Assembly: GCA_051294375.1 (NCBI GenBank)
Contig: CM119269.1
Coordinates: 22,965,812 to 23,029,811 of the forward strand
Source: Paraspadella gotoi
Taxonomy: Eukaryota > Animalia > Chaetognatha
Direction: 5' to 3'
DNA: 64,000 bases
Part shown: piece by piece, positions 23,911-37,767 of the stretch
Numbering within the stretch: position 1 is the first letter of the stretch
Layout of the letters: the number at the start of each line of letters is the position of its first letter
Notes under the pieces: generated by a model
What the model was told of the DNA's origin: nothing
Databases searched by the model: none
What the model saw: only the letters and a program-made list of their open reading frames with translations
Position numbers and translations under genes: made by a program

Positions 23911-25078
23911 TCCACGGCACCACCCCACTTAACCCCTTAACCCAGCCTTCACGCGGACACCCACCATGGTCTACTATTACCAACGCTCCAGCCGCACTAA
24001 TACACTACTACATATTTCACTGGTCAGATTTCTGCAGTCTAAAAAAGTTATGTTGATTAGTCCTGCCCTTATATCGACTACTGAGCCGGCCGCGAAAAAC
24101 CGGGGCTTTCCGCCGAAACCAAGATGTACGGTTCCCATAGGCGTCTAGACACGGAACGGTGCGGCAGGCGTCTGCAGCAGCGGCGAGGATCACGAATTTT
24201 GACTGTTGCATGAAACGGCAGCAGCAGAGTCAGCGGGCTTTTTCTTCGCTCCCTCTCTTCACGTTGCTAAAGGGGATAGCTTGTATTAGCGTTTTATGAT
24301 GTTGACTCGACGACACTATGTGACTACTTTGTAGGAAATGTGAAGTCAATGAGACGACCGACGAACGACGACGACGGACGACGACGACGACGACGGACGA
24401 ACGGACTGCACGACGCCGAGACCTTATTTTAGAATCTTTGTCCTTGGTTCCGATCTATTTTTTTGACCAAATCTTTTGTATTATAATACTTTACTGCCAC
24501 TTATATTTCACATAATATCATCATCCTATCTACTTTAAGACAGTATATTTACCCATTTTATTTTAGAACTGTATGATATACCTATTTTTGCTTGAAATCA
24601 ACTGCAATAAAGAAAAAATTCAAAAAGACCAGAAAATAAAACTTGTAAGATAACTTGCTTGACACACCCGAGAAAGATTAAAAACAAAGCACAGAGACGA
24701 TGAGGCAGAAATAAAGATGACTGGAGAGAGACGAGAGAGACACGAGAGATGAGACGAGGAGCGAGGCAGTGAGAGAGAGAGAGAGAGAGAAGTCAGTAAA
24801 ATTACAATCTATTTTTACATTCACAGATGCATTGACGTGGGATAAATATTTTGATAAGACTCAAATACTCTCTCTCTCTCTCTCATCATCTCTCCTCTCT
24901 CTCTCTCTCTCTACTTCTCTGTCATTTTCTCGCCTTAATTCATGTGTTGTCCATTTCTGGTTCCTGCTTTCTCTCTCCTCATCCTTTGACCCTTGGCTTC
25001 CGCCCTCTCTCCACATCTCTCCTCTCTCTCTTCTCTCTCATCTCTCTCTCTCGNNNNNNNNNNNNNNNNNNNNNNNNN

Positions 25079-25113
<35 letters not shown>

Positions 25114-25921
25114 TCCCTTCACACATCTATCCACGATTTTTTTCCTATTTCCTTTCTCCTCATTTTCCTCCGGTTTCTCTTCTCTTCTCTTTTCTTTTCT
25201 CTTCTCTTTTCTTTTCTTTTATCTTTATTTTCTCTTTTCTTTTCTTTTATCTTTATTTTCTCTTTACTTTTCTTTTCTTTTATCTTTATTTTCTCTTTTC
25301 TTTTCTTTTATCTTTCTTTTTTTTCTCACTTGTCTATTCTTTTCTTTTTCTTTCTTCTCTTTCTCCTTCTCTCTCATTTTTTTTATCTTTTTTCCTTCTC
25401 TTTCTCATCAATTATTCTTTTCTTTTTTTTCTACCTCTTCTTTCCTCCTCTTTCCTCTTTCTTTTTTTTTCCTTTTCTCTCTTCTTTTCTTCTCTTTCCT
25501 CTCTTCTTTTCTTTTCTTTCCTCACTCCTCCCTGCGCCCTCTTTTTCCTCTGACCCTAAGTGAATTTCGTCTTCTTGTGGATACAATGAGACTGAAAACC
25601 AATTTCCGCCTCTTCTCTTCTTTTTCTTTTCTTTTCTTTTCTTTTCTTTTCTTTTCTTTTCTTTTCTTTTCTTTTCTTTTCTTTTCTTTTCTTTTCTTTT
25701 CTTTTCTTTTCTCCACTTTGCCTTCCTCTTTTTTCCCTCTATTTTCAACTCATTTCTTCATTTTATGCGATTTTAATTCCTTTTAATTCGACGCAAATGG
25801 ATTTTTTCCCTTTTTTTTCCTTTTTAGTTTCGCCCAATTATTTTTCCATTAAATTCTTTTCTCTCTTTCCGTCTCTTTAAAGTTAATGTATGCATACTTA
25901 TATTTTTATTTATTTAATATT

Positions 25922-26155
25922 TACAATTGAAACGTTTTCTGAAATATTTTATCACTTTATTGATAGGGAAGCCAGGTTCTCTGGGTGTGAATAACCGAGA
26001 CTGTGAGAGAGTCTTAATTGAAAGCTTGCAGGGACCTGCTATGTCATTATCTTGTAAGTGATGGAGGCCTTAAACCACCAATGCCTGTCCAAAGTCAGGG
26101 GCAAGATAGCTTATTTATTAAATGAAGAGATAATTTTACATTGTTGTACCAATTT
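25922..26155. repeat. Dispersed ~200-bp repeat, copy 3
   Basis: Homologous to 16820-17010. Confidence 0.7.
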
Positions 26156-26289
26156 TATTGATATTTTATACACGCATAAAGAAATTAAATCTTATGTTTC
26201 ATACAAACAATTTTCCAATTAAATAAGATATTTTATCAATGGACTTAAGAAATTATGCATTCATTCAATGTTTAAGCTTCTCGCAGTTT

Positions 26290-26423
26290 TGGGACTGGCT
26301 ATGATGGTTTGAGCCTTCCATCACTATTACAAGACAATGACATAGCAGGTCGCTGCAAGATTTATATCAAGACTCAACCACACTAGCTATTGGCTTCCCT
26401 ATCAATGAAGCGGTCAAATATTT
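26290..26423. repeat. Dispersed ~200-bp repeat, copy 4 (inverted relative to copy 3)
   Basis: Its reverse complement matches ATTGATAGGGAAGCCA...CTTGCAG.GACCTGCTATGTCATT.TCTTGTAA of copy 3. Confidence 0.7.
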
Positions 26424-26629
26424 ATAAGAACTGTATTAATATAATCATATTACACTCACTCCAAAGGTCAATTTTGTAAATTTGAGAAACGCTTCCGAGA
26501 ATTAAGTTCCTACAATGAGAATGACGACTACGACGACGACGACGATAACGACGACGACAAAAATTCAAAATCGATTTTTGAAAGAAAGGAAGTAGAGAGA
26601 ACGAGAACGAGGGAAAGAGTGAATGAGGT

Positions 26630-27010
26630 CTCGGTATCGGTACGTCGGTCGGTGCGTCGTCGGTCGGTCGGTCGTCGGATCGTCCGGATCGTGGCGATCG
26701 TCGGCGATCGGTCGGTCGGTTCGGCTCGTCGGTCGGTCGGTTCGGTCGGTCGCATCGTCGGCTCGGTCGGTAATTCTGATCGGTCGTGTGCGGTCGGTCC
26801 GGTCACGGTCGGGTCGTCGCGTCGGTCGGTCGGTCCACGGTCGGCTCTGGTCGTCGGTCGGTCGTCAGGTCGGTCGTCGGTCGTTCGGTCGGTCGGTCGG
26901 TCGTCGTCGGGTCGGGTCGCGTCGGTCGAGTCGTTGTCGGGTTCGGCTCGGATTCGTGTCTTTTGTCTCGTGTCGTCGGTGCGCGCGGCTCGGTCGTCGT
27001 CGGTCGGTCA
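26630..27010. repeat. (GTCG)n microsatellite, noisy
   Basis: Direct reading. Confidence 0.9.
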
Positions 27011-27400
27011 TTTCGGCGTCGGTCCCTCTCCATTGGCCGTGAGGGAAAGGGAGAGAGCGGGTAAGACAAATGGTCGGTCAGTCAGTCTAATCGAAAACAA
27101 GATGATTCGTTTTTGGACGCCGAGGTCGTTTAGGAAAATAAATCTTTTGTTCCCACGATTCCATCGTTTTGTTTTGAAATGAATTTTTGATGAAATCCAT
27201 TTATAAAATCTGAGAGGTGAGATCGCCGGGTATGAACTACGACGACGAGCGACGACGACGACGACGACGACGAGACGACGACGACGACGACGAAGCCACC
27301 GGCAGTTTCTTTCCTTTTTCTTAAAAATTGTACTAAATTTAAATTGTTGATTAATGAATCAACTAGAAAAGCAAAGTAGAAATTAGGTTTGGGTGGAAAG

Positions 27401-27436
<36 letters not shown>

Positions 27437-29602
27437 AGAGAGAAGAGAGAGATGGAGAGGAGAGAGAGAGAGAGAGAGAGAGAGTGAGATGCGTTTTCAA
27501 AAAATCACAACATTTCTAAATCACTAAAAGTCTCTCACGCGTTTGGAACAATTTTTCTTCGTAAGGTGAAAAAACGTCGAGGAAAGGAAAAAGTTAAATT
27601 ATCTATTGAAAAGAGACAGAGAGAGAGAGAGAGAGAGAGATAGAAAAATCATTAAGGTCTTCCACATTTGTCTTTCCCTTTAACTTTACCCACATTTCAA
27701 CCACAAAATTTCGCCCCGATGAATCACAATCAGTTCTACCCTTGCTGCTCGTGACCACATTCACTTTTACCCACACTTCTCCTCACAATTTTCCCCACAC
27801 TACTACCCACACTTATCCTCACACTTCTATCCATACTACTCCCCACACTTCTACCCCACACTGCTACCCACATTTCTCTCAACCACACTCCTCTTTAATT
27901 TTCCTAAGTCGATGAAACTGTCCCGGATTTGGTGAAGCAAAAAGATTTTCTTGGAAAGAGAAGCGAAAAGCAGGAATAAAGCGGATATGAGAGAGGCAGG
28001 CGACACAAGGGAGCAGAGGCGGAAGACCGACGAGGCGAGGCGAAGAAGGTGAGAGAGGGGACAGCAGAGAGGGGAGGAACACAGGGAGAGGAGGCGAAGA
28101 GCGAGAGGGAGGCAAAAGGGAGCAGAGGGGAAGCAGGAGCAGAGCGAGGACAAGTGCGAGAGAGGGACAGAGAGTAGTGAGCGAAAATGAGCATGCAGCA
28201 GCGCGAGAGCAGAGCAGAGTGAAAAGCCGAGAGAGCCAGGGGAAGAGCAGAGGCGAGTGACAAGAGGCAGAGAGGTGTAAGCAAGCAGTGGGGAGGAAAA
28301 GCGAGAGAGCGCCGGAAGGCAGAGAGGATGGAAAAGGGAGAGAGGGCGAAGATGCACGAGGAGGCAAATAGGCGCAGGCACAGTGGAAGCAGTCCCTGCG
28401 AGAGAGGGTCAAGCACGAGAGCGCGCAGGAACAGGGAGCCGCAGGGACAGAGAGAGAGAACAAGGCGAGAGGAGGCGGACAGAAGGAGGGAGGGAAAAGG
28501 GAAACGCAGGAAAGATTGATAGCATCGAGAAAACAGCGTGAGCAGAGGGGAAGAAGAGAGCAGCAGCGAAAGGGAGGAGCAGCGGGAAGCAGCGAGAGGA
28601 GGAGGCGTAACAAAAAGGGAGCATAGGGCGCACAACGACGTAGCAGGAGGACACAAGGGAGAGAGGCCGGAAGAGAGAGGAAGGCAAAAGGTAGAGAGAG
28701 GACGAGCGAGAGGAAAAGGTCGCAGAGAGGGAAGAGAGAGGCAGGAAGGAAGTGGGAGCGAGGGGCAAGAGCCAGAGGGCATGGAAAATGCGAGAGCAGG
28801 GCCGAAGACGCAGAGGCATGAACAAACAGCGGAGAGATAGGAACGAGAGACGGGAGGAGAAGCAAGCGGTGAGCAAGAGAGGGAGGAAGGAGGAAACTGT
28901 ATTATAAAGAAACCAACTTCGCTTTCTTTTTTTTTATGATCAACGAAAAAAGAAAAAAAATCTGGGAAACTTGGAATGAATTTCGTTGTTGTTGTTGTCA
29001 TTGATTTGACTTTGGTCACATTTTTTTTTTGGAGAAATGAAAGAAGAAAAGTTTGATACGAATATTAATTAAATTTTTAAGAATAAATGATTCGAATTTG
29101 AGACTAAATAACCGGAAACCGATTTGACTTTCGCAAGGAAATTAGAATAATCTGACTTTTACGTAGATGCATTGGCATTGACAATTTTACAAGCGCCGGT
29201 AAAAAAACGCTGTCATTTGCCAACCAGTGGTTATTTAATTTATTTTAAATATTAGTTGAGTAAAATATATTAAAATCATTTATGTGATCAAATTTCATAT
29301 TGATCAGTTAAGACATGCCTTGACAATGAGTGGAGAAAGTTGGCTTTTAAAATCGGGTTTCATTTTCCAACTCACTGTTTTTAAATTCTTTTTTTTTTCA
29401 ACTTTTAGAACTTTTTTAAACAAAGCATTTATTAAGATATTAACAATATTAATATCTCCAGAAATCCCTTAAAAATATGAAGAGAATGATATACTTACGA
29501 AAGCTCTAACATAAAAATTAAGCTGCCCAGCCTTGGTTCAATTAAGAGAGTCAAAAGTGAATTATTTAAAATAATAAATCTTTTTTTTAAATATATGACC
29601 CG

Positions 29603-30124
29603 TGTTACGCCGGTCATGACGAGACACGACGAGTTAATATCTGGCTGCTGCCTCGCCCGTTTCCCGCGAAGAAATTGATCGAATGTGAAGAAGATATCGT
29701 GATTATTTTTAACGTTTGAAACGTCGCGAGAGAATCAGTGCCTATCGAAAACCCGCGGACATTAAACGCTTTTAACTCACAGCGTTGGTAGTTTAATTTA
29801 AAGTCATTTTAATCTCGTTTTTTAAATTCATTTTTAATCTCACGTTTTTTAATCTATTTTTCGTCGAAATTAAACTCATTAATTTCAATCACCGTTTTTT
29901 TATAAATTCAAACTTTTATCTCCGTTTTTCGTCGCCAATTTGTTGATAAATAAACTTACCAACCAGTTCCAAATAATAAACTTACCAACCAGTTCCAAAT
30001 AATAAACTTACCAACCAGTTCCAAATAATAAACTTACCAACCAGTTCCAAATTCTTAGCGTCCTTTAATGAAACCAAATGTCAGTCAACGAAAAAAGTAC
30101 AGCAAATCGAGAGAGGCACGAACA
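29603..30124 (+). mobile_element. Solo LTR, copy 1
   Basis: Termini TGTTACGCC...GGCACGAACA with a perfect 5-bp TSD ACCCG (29598-29602 / 30125-30129). Internal AATAAA. Homologous to 36520-36922. Confidence 0.9.
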
Positions 30125-30638
30125 ACCCGTTTAAATTATTATAACATAAAATGTTATTATTTATTTAAGTATCATGAAAGAGCCTGATAAAAAAGATTTA
30201 AGATAGCCAATCACAATTTGATAAAAATCCTAAATTTACCCTCCAGCTATTGATTTTTGGAAAGATTTTTCGTTTTTGATGCGTTAGGTTTTTTTAAAAT
30301 TTATTGATGTTTATTTAATAGTATAAATGCTTTTCATTTACATGTTTTTGGTATATGTAGTTTAAAATTTCAAAAAATAAATTGCGGCTGAGAGGTCGCA
30401 CAGACGGACGGACAGACGGACGGACAGACGAACGCTTAAAGCGATAAATGTTGATTTAAAAGAGCTAACGAAAGAAATAATATTAAGAATCGCCAAACGA
30501 TAATTATTTTTAGTTAAACTCTGTGAATACAATATCAATTATAATTACAAATGTATTTTTAAAAAAGTGAAAAAATACTTATTAGAATAAAAAAAAAATT
30601 CATTTTCTCTTATTGTCTTACTTTCTTTTCTTTTTCAG

Positions 30639-30655
30639 CTTCAAATGGAAATATG
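30639..30655 (+). other. Candidate 17-nt microexon
   Basis: Long pyrimidine tract + CAG, then CTTCAAATGGAAATATG, then GTAAGT. Both splice sites are consensus. Confidence 0.45.
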
Positions 30656-30869
30656 GTAAGTTAAAATTTTTTTACATTTATCTCCAAATTGTATCGAGTC
30701 AATATATTAATTCATACTGTATTACTTGTATCTAGACATAAAAATAGTTATTGATAAAAATCCGGTGACAAAAAAATTGTAAGATATTTGACAGAAACGA
30801 TGATAACGATGACAGAAATGACATCGATTATGACAACGACGATAACTAGAAAATCCCCGGGGTCGTCTC

Positions 30870-30909
<40 letters not shown>

Positions 30910-30982
30910 TTCTTTCTCTCCTCTCTATCTTCTCTCGTCTCTCTCTCTGACTGGAATCGCCGACGTACGTGACCCCTCTTTC

Positions 30983-31031
<49 letters not shown>

Positions 31032-31218
31032 TCTCTTCTCCTTTGAATGACAAACGAACCTCGGCTAGTTTGTTGTTGTTGTTGTTGTTGTGTTATCCTT
31101 TTTTTTTCTTTTTAGTCAGCGGAGAAACTTTTGGTTATTTATTTACGTTTGAAGTTTTTGTTTCTGTTCGGGAGTTACAATCGATAGAAAGCGTCTCTCT
31201 CTTCTCTCTTCTCTCTCT

Positions 31219-31256
<38 letters not shown>

Positions 31257-31562
31257 TCTCTCTCTCTCTCTCTCTCTCTCTCACGGTGGCCAAAAACACA
31301 AAGAGTATGTTTTTTTCTTCACGTCTTTTTCATTCACAGATTTTGAATCACTCTTTTTGGTCGTCGTCGTCGTCGTCGTCGTCGTCGTCCGTCTTTTTCT
31401 CCTCGTAGTCCGTAATCATCGGTTTATTCACCTTCTGTTGTCGTTGTTTGTTCTCGTCCTCCTCTCTCTTTTCTCCTCCTTCCTTCCTCCTCTTCTTTCT
31501 CCTCCTTATTCTCTTCACATGGAATCACGTATCATCAGTTACTCGTCGATTTTCCAAATATA

Positions 31563-31617
<55 letters not shown>

Positions 31618-31618
31618 T

Positions 31619-31649
<31 letters not shown>

Positions 31650-31932
31650 CTTCTCTCGTCCTCTCTCTCCTCTTTCCCCTTCCTCTCTTCCTCAACCTCA
31701 AATAAAAATAAATCCCCTATCAACCTTTAATCTCATTGCATATCCGAGTCGCGTTCATCCTCGTTTGACCCCTTTATGCGATGTTGACGAAGACGTTGAT
31801 CCCGAAAAAAACCGGTCGACGCTCGATATTGACTAATACCATCGTTTATATTTAATCATTAAAATTTCCCGGCGGTCTCCTCACTCACTCTCTCCTCTCT
31901 CTTTCTTCTCTTTTCTCTCTTCTCTCTCTCTT

Positions 31933-31984
<52 letters not shown>

Positions 31985-32797
31985 CTCTCCTCCTCTCTCC
32001 TCTCGTCCTGTGTCACACAGCATAATCGTAAATTGTTGGACTCTGCACGGATTATGTCCGTCGGTCCGTCCGTCTGTCCGTCTGAAACTCCCAACTCGTA
32101 AAATCCAATCTTGTATATATTTCATCCCAACTGTTACGTTTGTCATTTGGTTGTCGTGGTCGTCGTCTCCATTAGAATAGTCAAAGTCAATAGTTTAGTA
32201 TGTTACTTCAAATCATAAACACTCTTTACCAAAGAAAAAAGCTTATCCATTATACACACTATTACTTTTTTAATAGGATCATTAATATTAAACCACACAA
32301 GTAAATGTTTATATCTATAAATAGCAAATACGAATTTGGAACAAATCAATCAATAAATAAGCTAAATTGCCCCTAAAGGCCTATCAGGGATGCCTCGCAC
32401 TGGACATTACGGCAAATCACTCTATCATATCATGAGTGATATGTCGCTCTATCACATCTCANNNNNNNNNNNNNNNNNNNNNNNNNCCGAAAAAAACCGG
32501 TCGACGCTCGATATTGACTAATACCATCGTTAATATATTAATCATTAAAATTTCCCCGGCGGTCTCACTCAATAGAAATAAACCCCTATCAACCTTTAAT
32601 CTCATTTGATATCCGAGTCGCGTCATATCCGTTTTTGACCCCTTTATGCGATGTTGACGAAAGACGTTGATCCCGAAAAAAAACGGTCGACGCTCGATAT
32701 TGACTAATACCATCGTTAATATATTAATCATTAAAATTTCCCCGGCGTCTCACTCACTCACTCTCTCTCTCTCTCTTTCTCTTCTCTCTCTTTCTCT

Positions 32798-32835
<38 letters not shown>

Positions 32836-33565
32836 CTCTCTTCTCTCTCTCCTCTCTCTCTCTCTGCNNNNNNNNNNNNNNNNNNNNNNNNNTCTGTGTC
32901 ACACAGCATAATCGTAAATTGTCTGGACTCTGCACGGATTATGTCCGTCCGTCCGTCCGTCTGTCCGTCTGAACTCCCAACTCGTAAAATCCAATCTTGT
33001 ATATATTTCATCCCAACTGTTACGTTGTCATTTGGTTGTCGTGGTCGTCGTCTCCATTAGAATAGCAAAAGTCAATAGTTTAGTATGTTAATTCAAATCA
33101 TAAAACACACTTTACCAAAGAAAAAAGCTTATCCATTATACACACTATTACTTTTTTAAATAGGATTCATTAATATTAAACCACACAAGTAAATGTTATA
33201 TCTATAAATAGCAAATACGAAATTGGAACAATCAATCAATAAATAAGCTAAATTGCCCCTAAAAAGGCTATCAGGGGATGCCTCGCACTGGACATTACGC
33301 AAATCACTCTATCATATCATGAGTGATATGTCGCTCTATCACATCTCTTTCTCATCTCACTGTCACCAGTGTCGAATGATGATGGTAAATCGTGAAAATT
33401 CTTCTTATTTATCATCAATTATTCTTTGAAGTCGTTCTTCTTCCTCCTCCTCTTCCTCCTCTTCCTCATCCTCCTCTTGCTACTCCTCCTCCTCTTCCTC
33501 TTCCTCCCGGACGAAAAACCCGTCGATTAAATCTTATGGTGATAAATATGGAAACCCATCCATCC

Positions 33566-33624
<59 letters not shown>

Positions 33625-34184
33625 CTACCGCATTTTTAACGCCTTTCATACCGAAATTTTTGCCACCCAATAAAGATGAGAGTGATAGAGAGAGAGAGAG
33701 AGACAGAGACATTAAACTTTCTCTACTTTGAGACGCAAGAGACCAGTTGGTCTGAGATAAGACGGTTCTGCAGCTGCCGCTGCTCTGCCGCTGCTCTACC
33801 GCGGATACTTGTTCTGATGCTTCTGCTTGATTTCTGAATTACTACGAGTTTGGAAGTAAAATCACGAATTATTTTTCAAAATTTAAAACAATCAAAAAAC
33901 CATCCAATTAATGCTTTTACATAATTAATGAAGTAACTATCTTGCCCAACGAATATAGATAGGAGCAGTGGGCCTATAATTTAATGATTAAAACTACACT
34001 ATCTCACAATATGATTTACGTATAAAGTATCAAATTGGGGCAACCAATATAAATTATCCCTTTATGTCAACAGCCGGGTTGCCTGTGATGCCCATAAAAT
34101 GTAAGAAATTTTGATGACTTGAAAGTCAGGAGACAAAAAGTGAGGAATAAATGTGAAAAAATAGCGCGACGAACCTTGAACTCT

Positions 34185-34229
<45 letters not shown>

Positions 34230-34899
34230 CGGACAAAATTCCTTTCAATTAAAGCGGGGGATAATTAGACAGACTATTAATAATAACCTTTCGATCGTAA
34301 ACAAATCATTTTCGAAAAACCGAGAAAATGTGTGAATTTTTGAAGTAAAAGCAAAATTTTTTTAGGTTTAGAGAAAAATGGGGATGGTACAGTGGGGACT
34401 GGTTTTAACAAAAGACGAATCGAGCTTTAGGTTCATCAGGCGGATGGAACCAATGATATTTTTATTGGTAGCTCAGTCATTGTTTATAGAATTCTTAAAA
34501 ATAAAACAAACTTAAAAAACTAACCTATTCCATTAACAGTAATTTATTAATTAATTGATAGAAATTATTATTTTTATAATATTAAATAATAGGAAAGAAT
34601 AGTAAAAATAAATATAATGTTAAATTTCTATAAAAAAATTTGAGCTTTTATTCTCTTTTATCACTTATAAAAAAATTCATGCAATAATCTTATATCAACA
34701 TTTGTAAAAAAAAGCTATATATAATTGTCAGAAATTGATGCTTTACTGTAAAAACTAAAAACCGCTCCTCTCTTCAAATAAAGATGTCAAACCGCGAGGT
34801 AGAGCCGCTATTAATCACTCTCTCCTTTTAACGAAGAAGTATTTATTTTTCACACTTTAGGATTTCATTCAATTAACAGTTTTGGAAGAGAAAAAAAAG

Positions 34900-35127
34900 A
34901 AAATAGGCCGGTCCCCTTAACAAAAAAAGGAAATAGGCCGGTACCCTTAACGAAAAAAAAGGAAATAGGCCGGTACCCTTAATAAAAAAAATAAATAGGC
35001 CAGTCCCCTTAACAAAAAAAAGAATATAGGCCAGTCCCCTTAATGAAAAAAATGAAATAGGCCGGTCCCCTTAACAAAAAAAAGGAAATAGGCTGGTCCC
35101 CTTAAGAAAAAAAAGTAAATAAGCTGG
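34900..35127. repeat. ~31-bp minisatellite (GAAATAGGCCGGTCCCCTTAACAAAAAAAG), ~7 copies
   Basis: Direct reading. The last unit is split by the MITE and resumes at 35690. Confidence 0.88.
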
Positions 35128-35689
35128 TAGCCATAGCCGATTAAATTTAAATGCTAATATATACAGTATTAAGATAATCTATCATAAGCATAGATTGTAG
35201 TATTAAAATATTTTTTGTTAAAAATTCTTTTTTCTGAGGGTACTAGCTTAATTAAAATTATTTTATTACTACATAAAAAAACATTTTTTTAAAATATAAT
35301 TATAGCTTTTAAAAATTCTTACGTTTTTTCAGTAAAAATCTAAAAAAACCTATAAAATCTTCAAAAGATGATGATGATGACAAGGTTTTTACGGTTTTTC
35401 CTTTTTTTGACCTACTTATGATAAAAATATTTAAAAAAGAATTATAATTTTGAAAGGAAATTGATGATGTCTAAGAAAGGAAATTCACGATACTTTGTTC
35501 AGATAACTTATAAAAAAATTTTTTGGTCTTTCCTATCTATATATAAATAGTAAAAAATTTATTATTATGGAAGAGCCATATAAAAATGTTTTTGTCCATT
35601 GAAAGTATACTTAAAAATGTAAAAAATTTAATTTCATCTTTTACTCAATCTAAATTTTTGACTCACCCCATTGAGTGTGGCTACCCCTA
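35128..35689 (-). mobile_element. ~600-bp foldback MITE, copy 2
   Basis: Reverse complement of 8741-9360, including both termini (TAGCCATAGCCG...GTGGCTACCCCTA). Confidence 0.8.
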
Positions 35690-35857
35690 ATGCCGGTCCC
35701 CTTAATGACCCTACTTATTCGCTGACGACCTTTGCCCTTAGACGTTTCAACCTTTGCCCTTAAATTTACTTTCTTTATCTTCAAATCAATTCTCAGTTAA
35801 TTAATTAATTCATTACTTCATTACTTAAGTAATTAATTACTTTTAAAAATTATTTTT

Positions 35858-36062
35858 GGCATTATTTTCCCAGAACTCCCTATTTTATCTTAAATTCTAA
35901 ATTAACTTAATTTTTTATGGTTGGGAATTAAGTTAGGGATTAAAGCTATTGATTAAAGTTAGGGACTTGTGTTAGTGTTTTGGGTTAGAGATTTGGGTTA
36001 GGGATTAATTTATAGATTTAAGAACATATTTAAAATAAATATTAAAGTTAAAATTAAATTCT
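35858..36062 (+). mobile_element. TTAGGG-core TIR element, partial copy
   Basis: Starts GGCATTATTTTCCCAGAAC and is followed by TTAGGG-like units. Confidence 0.5.
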
Positions 36063-36096
36063 TGAGCTCGTTGCCTATCGCTCGAAATATTGATGA

Positions 36097-36129
<33 letters not shown>

Positions 36130-36519
36130 TTCTTAACGAGACAGATAACGGAATCCCTTTATCCGACGCAGGTGAAAACCTAAAGATGAAAAAAAGACAT
36201 TTTAATCCCGCGAGTAGATTAATTTCGAGAGTTAATATAAACCGCGAGTCGACGGCAGGATTTAGAGAGTCAATTATAGAGAGTGATATTTTTGACAGTT
36301 GGCACTCGAGAAAAGGTGGCAGGGCGACAGGTCCCGAGTTCGAAACCCGATTTGGACCAAGTCAGTTCTGGAAGGCTAGAAGGGAATGATTCTTTTAATA
36401 CGAAACTTAATATGAACTAATATGAAACTAATTAATATGAATATGAAATAAATATGAATTGATATGAAATAATAATGAATTAATATGAAATTAATTAATA
36501 TTAATATTAAGATGAAATT

Positions 36520-36922
36520 TGTTACGCCGGTCATGACTTGACACGACCGCGGCCGTTGGACCCGACGACGGGAGGGATCCGAGTCGTGCCTCGCCCGTTT
36601 CCCGCGAAGAAATTGATCGAATGTGCAGAAGATATCGTTGTTATTTTTAACGTTTGAAACGTCGCGAGAGAGAAATTGTGCCTCTCGAAAACTCGGACGT
36701 TAAACGCTTTTAACTCAGCGTTGGTGGTTGAAATTTTAAGTGTTTTTAATCTCACGTTTTTAACCTTTTACCGTCGAAATTAAACTCATTAATTTCACCA
36801 TCGTTTTTATAAACTCATTCTCGTCGTCATTTTATATTATTGATAAATAAACTTAACCAACCGTTCCAAAATCCTAAAGTCAGCCAATGAAATTGTACAA
36901 CGAATCGAGAGAGGCACGAACA
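36520..36922 (+). mobile_element. Solo LTR, copy 2
   Basis: Same TGTTACGCC...GGCACGAACA termini with a perfect 5-bp TSD AAATT. Inserted in an (AATATGAAATT)n array. Confidence 0.9.
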
Positions 36923-37307
36923 AAATTAATATGAATAAATATGAAATTAATTAATATGAAGATGAAATTAATGTGAAACTAATTAATATCAATATGAATA
37001 TCAAATTAATATGAATTAATGTGAAACTAATTAAACGCAAACCACATAAAATATATTGAATGAAATTTAACAAATGAAATTGTGCAGAATTAAAGAAGTC
37101 ATTAAAAGTAAGTAAATAATGAAAGTAAATTAGTAAGTCGCATTGATTGTATGTAAATAAACTTGATACGACGACGACGACGACGAAGACAAAATTATGT
37201 TCGTTGTTTCTCTCACACCTCAGAAGTGACAAAATGGCAATAACGAGAGGGAGACGACGAGACGTTGCCATTCGGAGAAAGTGGCATTGCCATTAATGTC
37301 TCGAGAG

Positions 37308-37371
<64 letters not shown>

Positions 37372-37724
37372 TACCAGACTTGGTGAAGGAGGATGAGGAG
37401 GAGGAGGAGGAGGAAGAAGAAGAAGTTTATTTCGGTCAAATAAACTCGAATTAAAGACAAAAAGTTTTTTTAAGATCGAAAAAAAATGTGACGGGGGAAG
37501 AGAAAATAAATTGTGGCCGATGGAAGTTTGTGTCAGAGCACGAGAAAATATTTTGTAAAGAAAGGATAAACATTTTTATACAAACTACAAAGTTAGAAGA
37601 AATGATAAGAGAAAATATTTCGTTGTAGGAGTCAGTTGTGAAATGTGTCATGTGCTTGGAAATTTATGAATTACAAAGAAAGTTTTGATTGCAAAGTTAA
37701 AATGTAATCTTGTTCTATTTGATT

Positions 37725-37767
<43 letters not shown>

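Noticed and set aside
27851-29019. Long Leu/Ser-rich ORFs up to 371 aa
   Set aside because: Error-rich (GA)n sequence that lacks stops because of composition alone.
36315-36362. tRNA gene (GAGTTCGAAACC B-box)
   Set aside because: No cloverleaf or acceptor stem; at most a SINE fragment.
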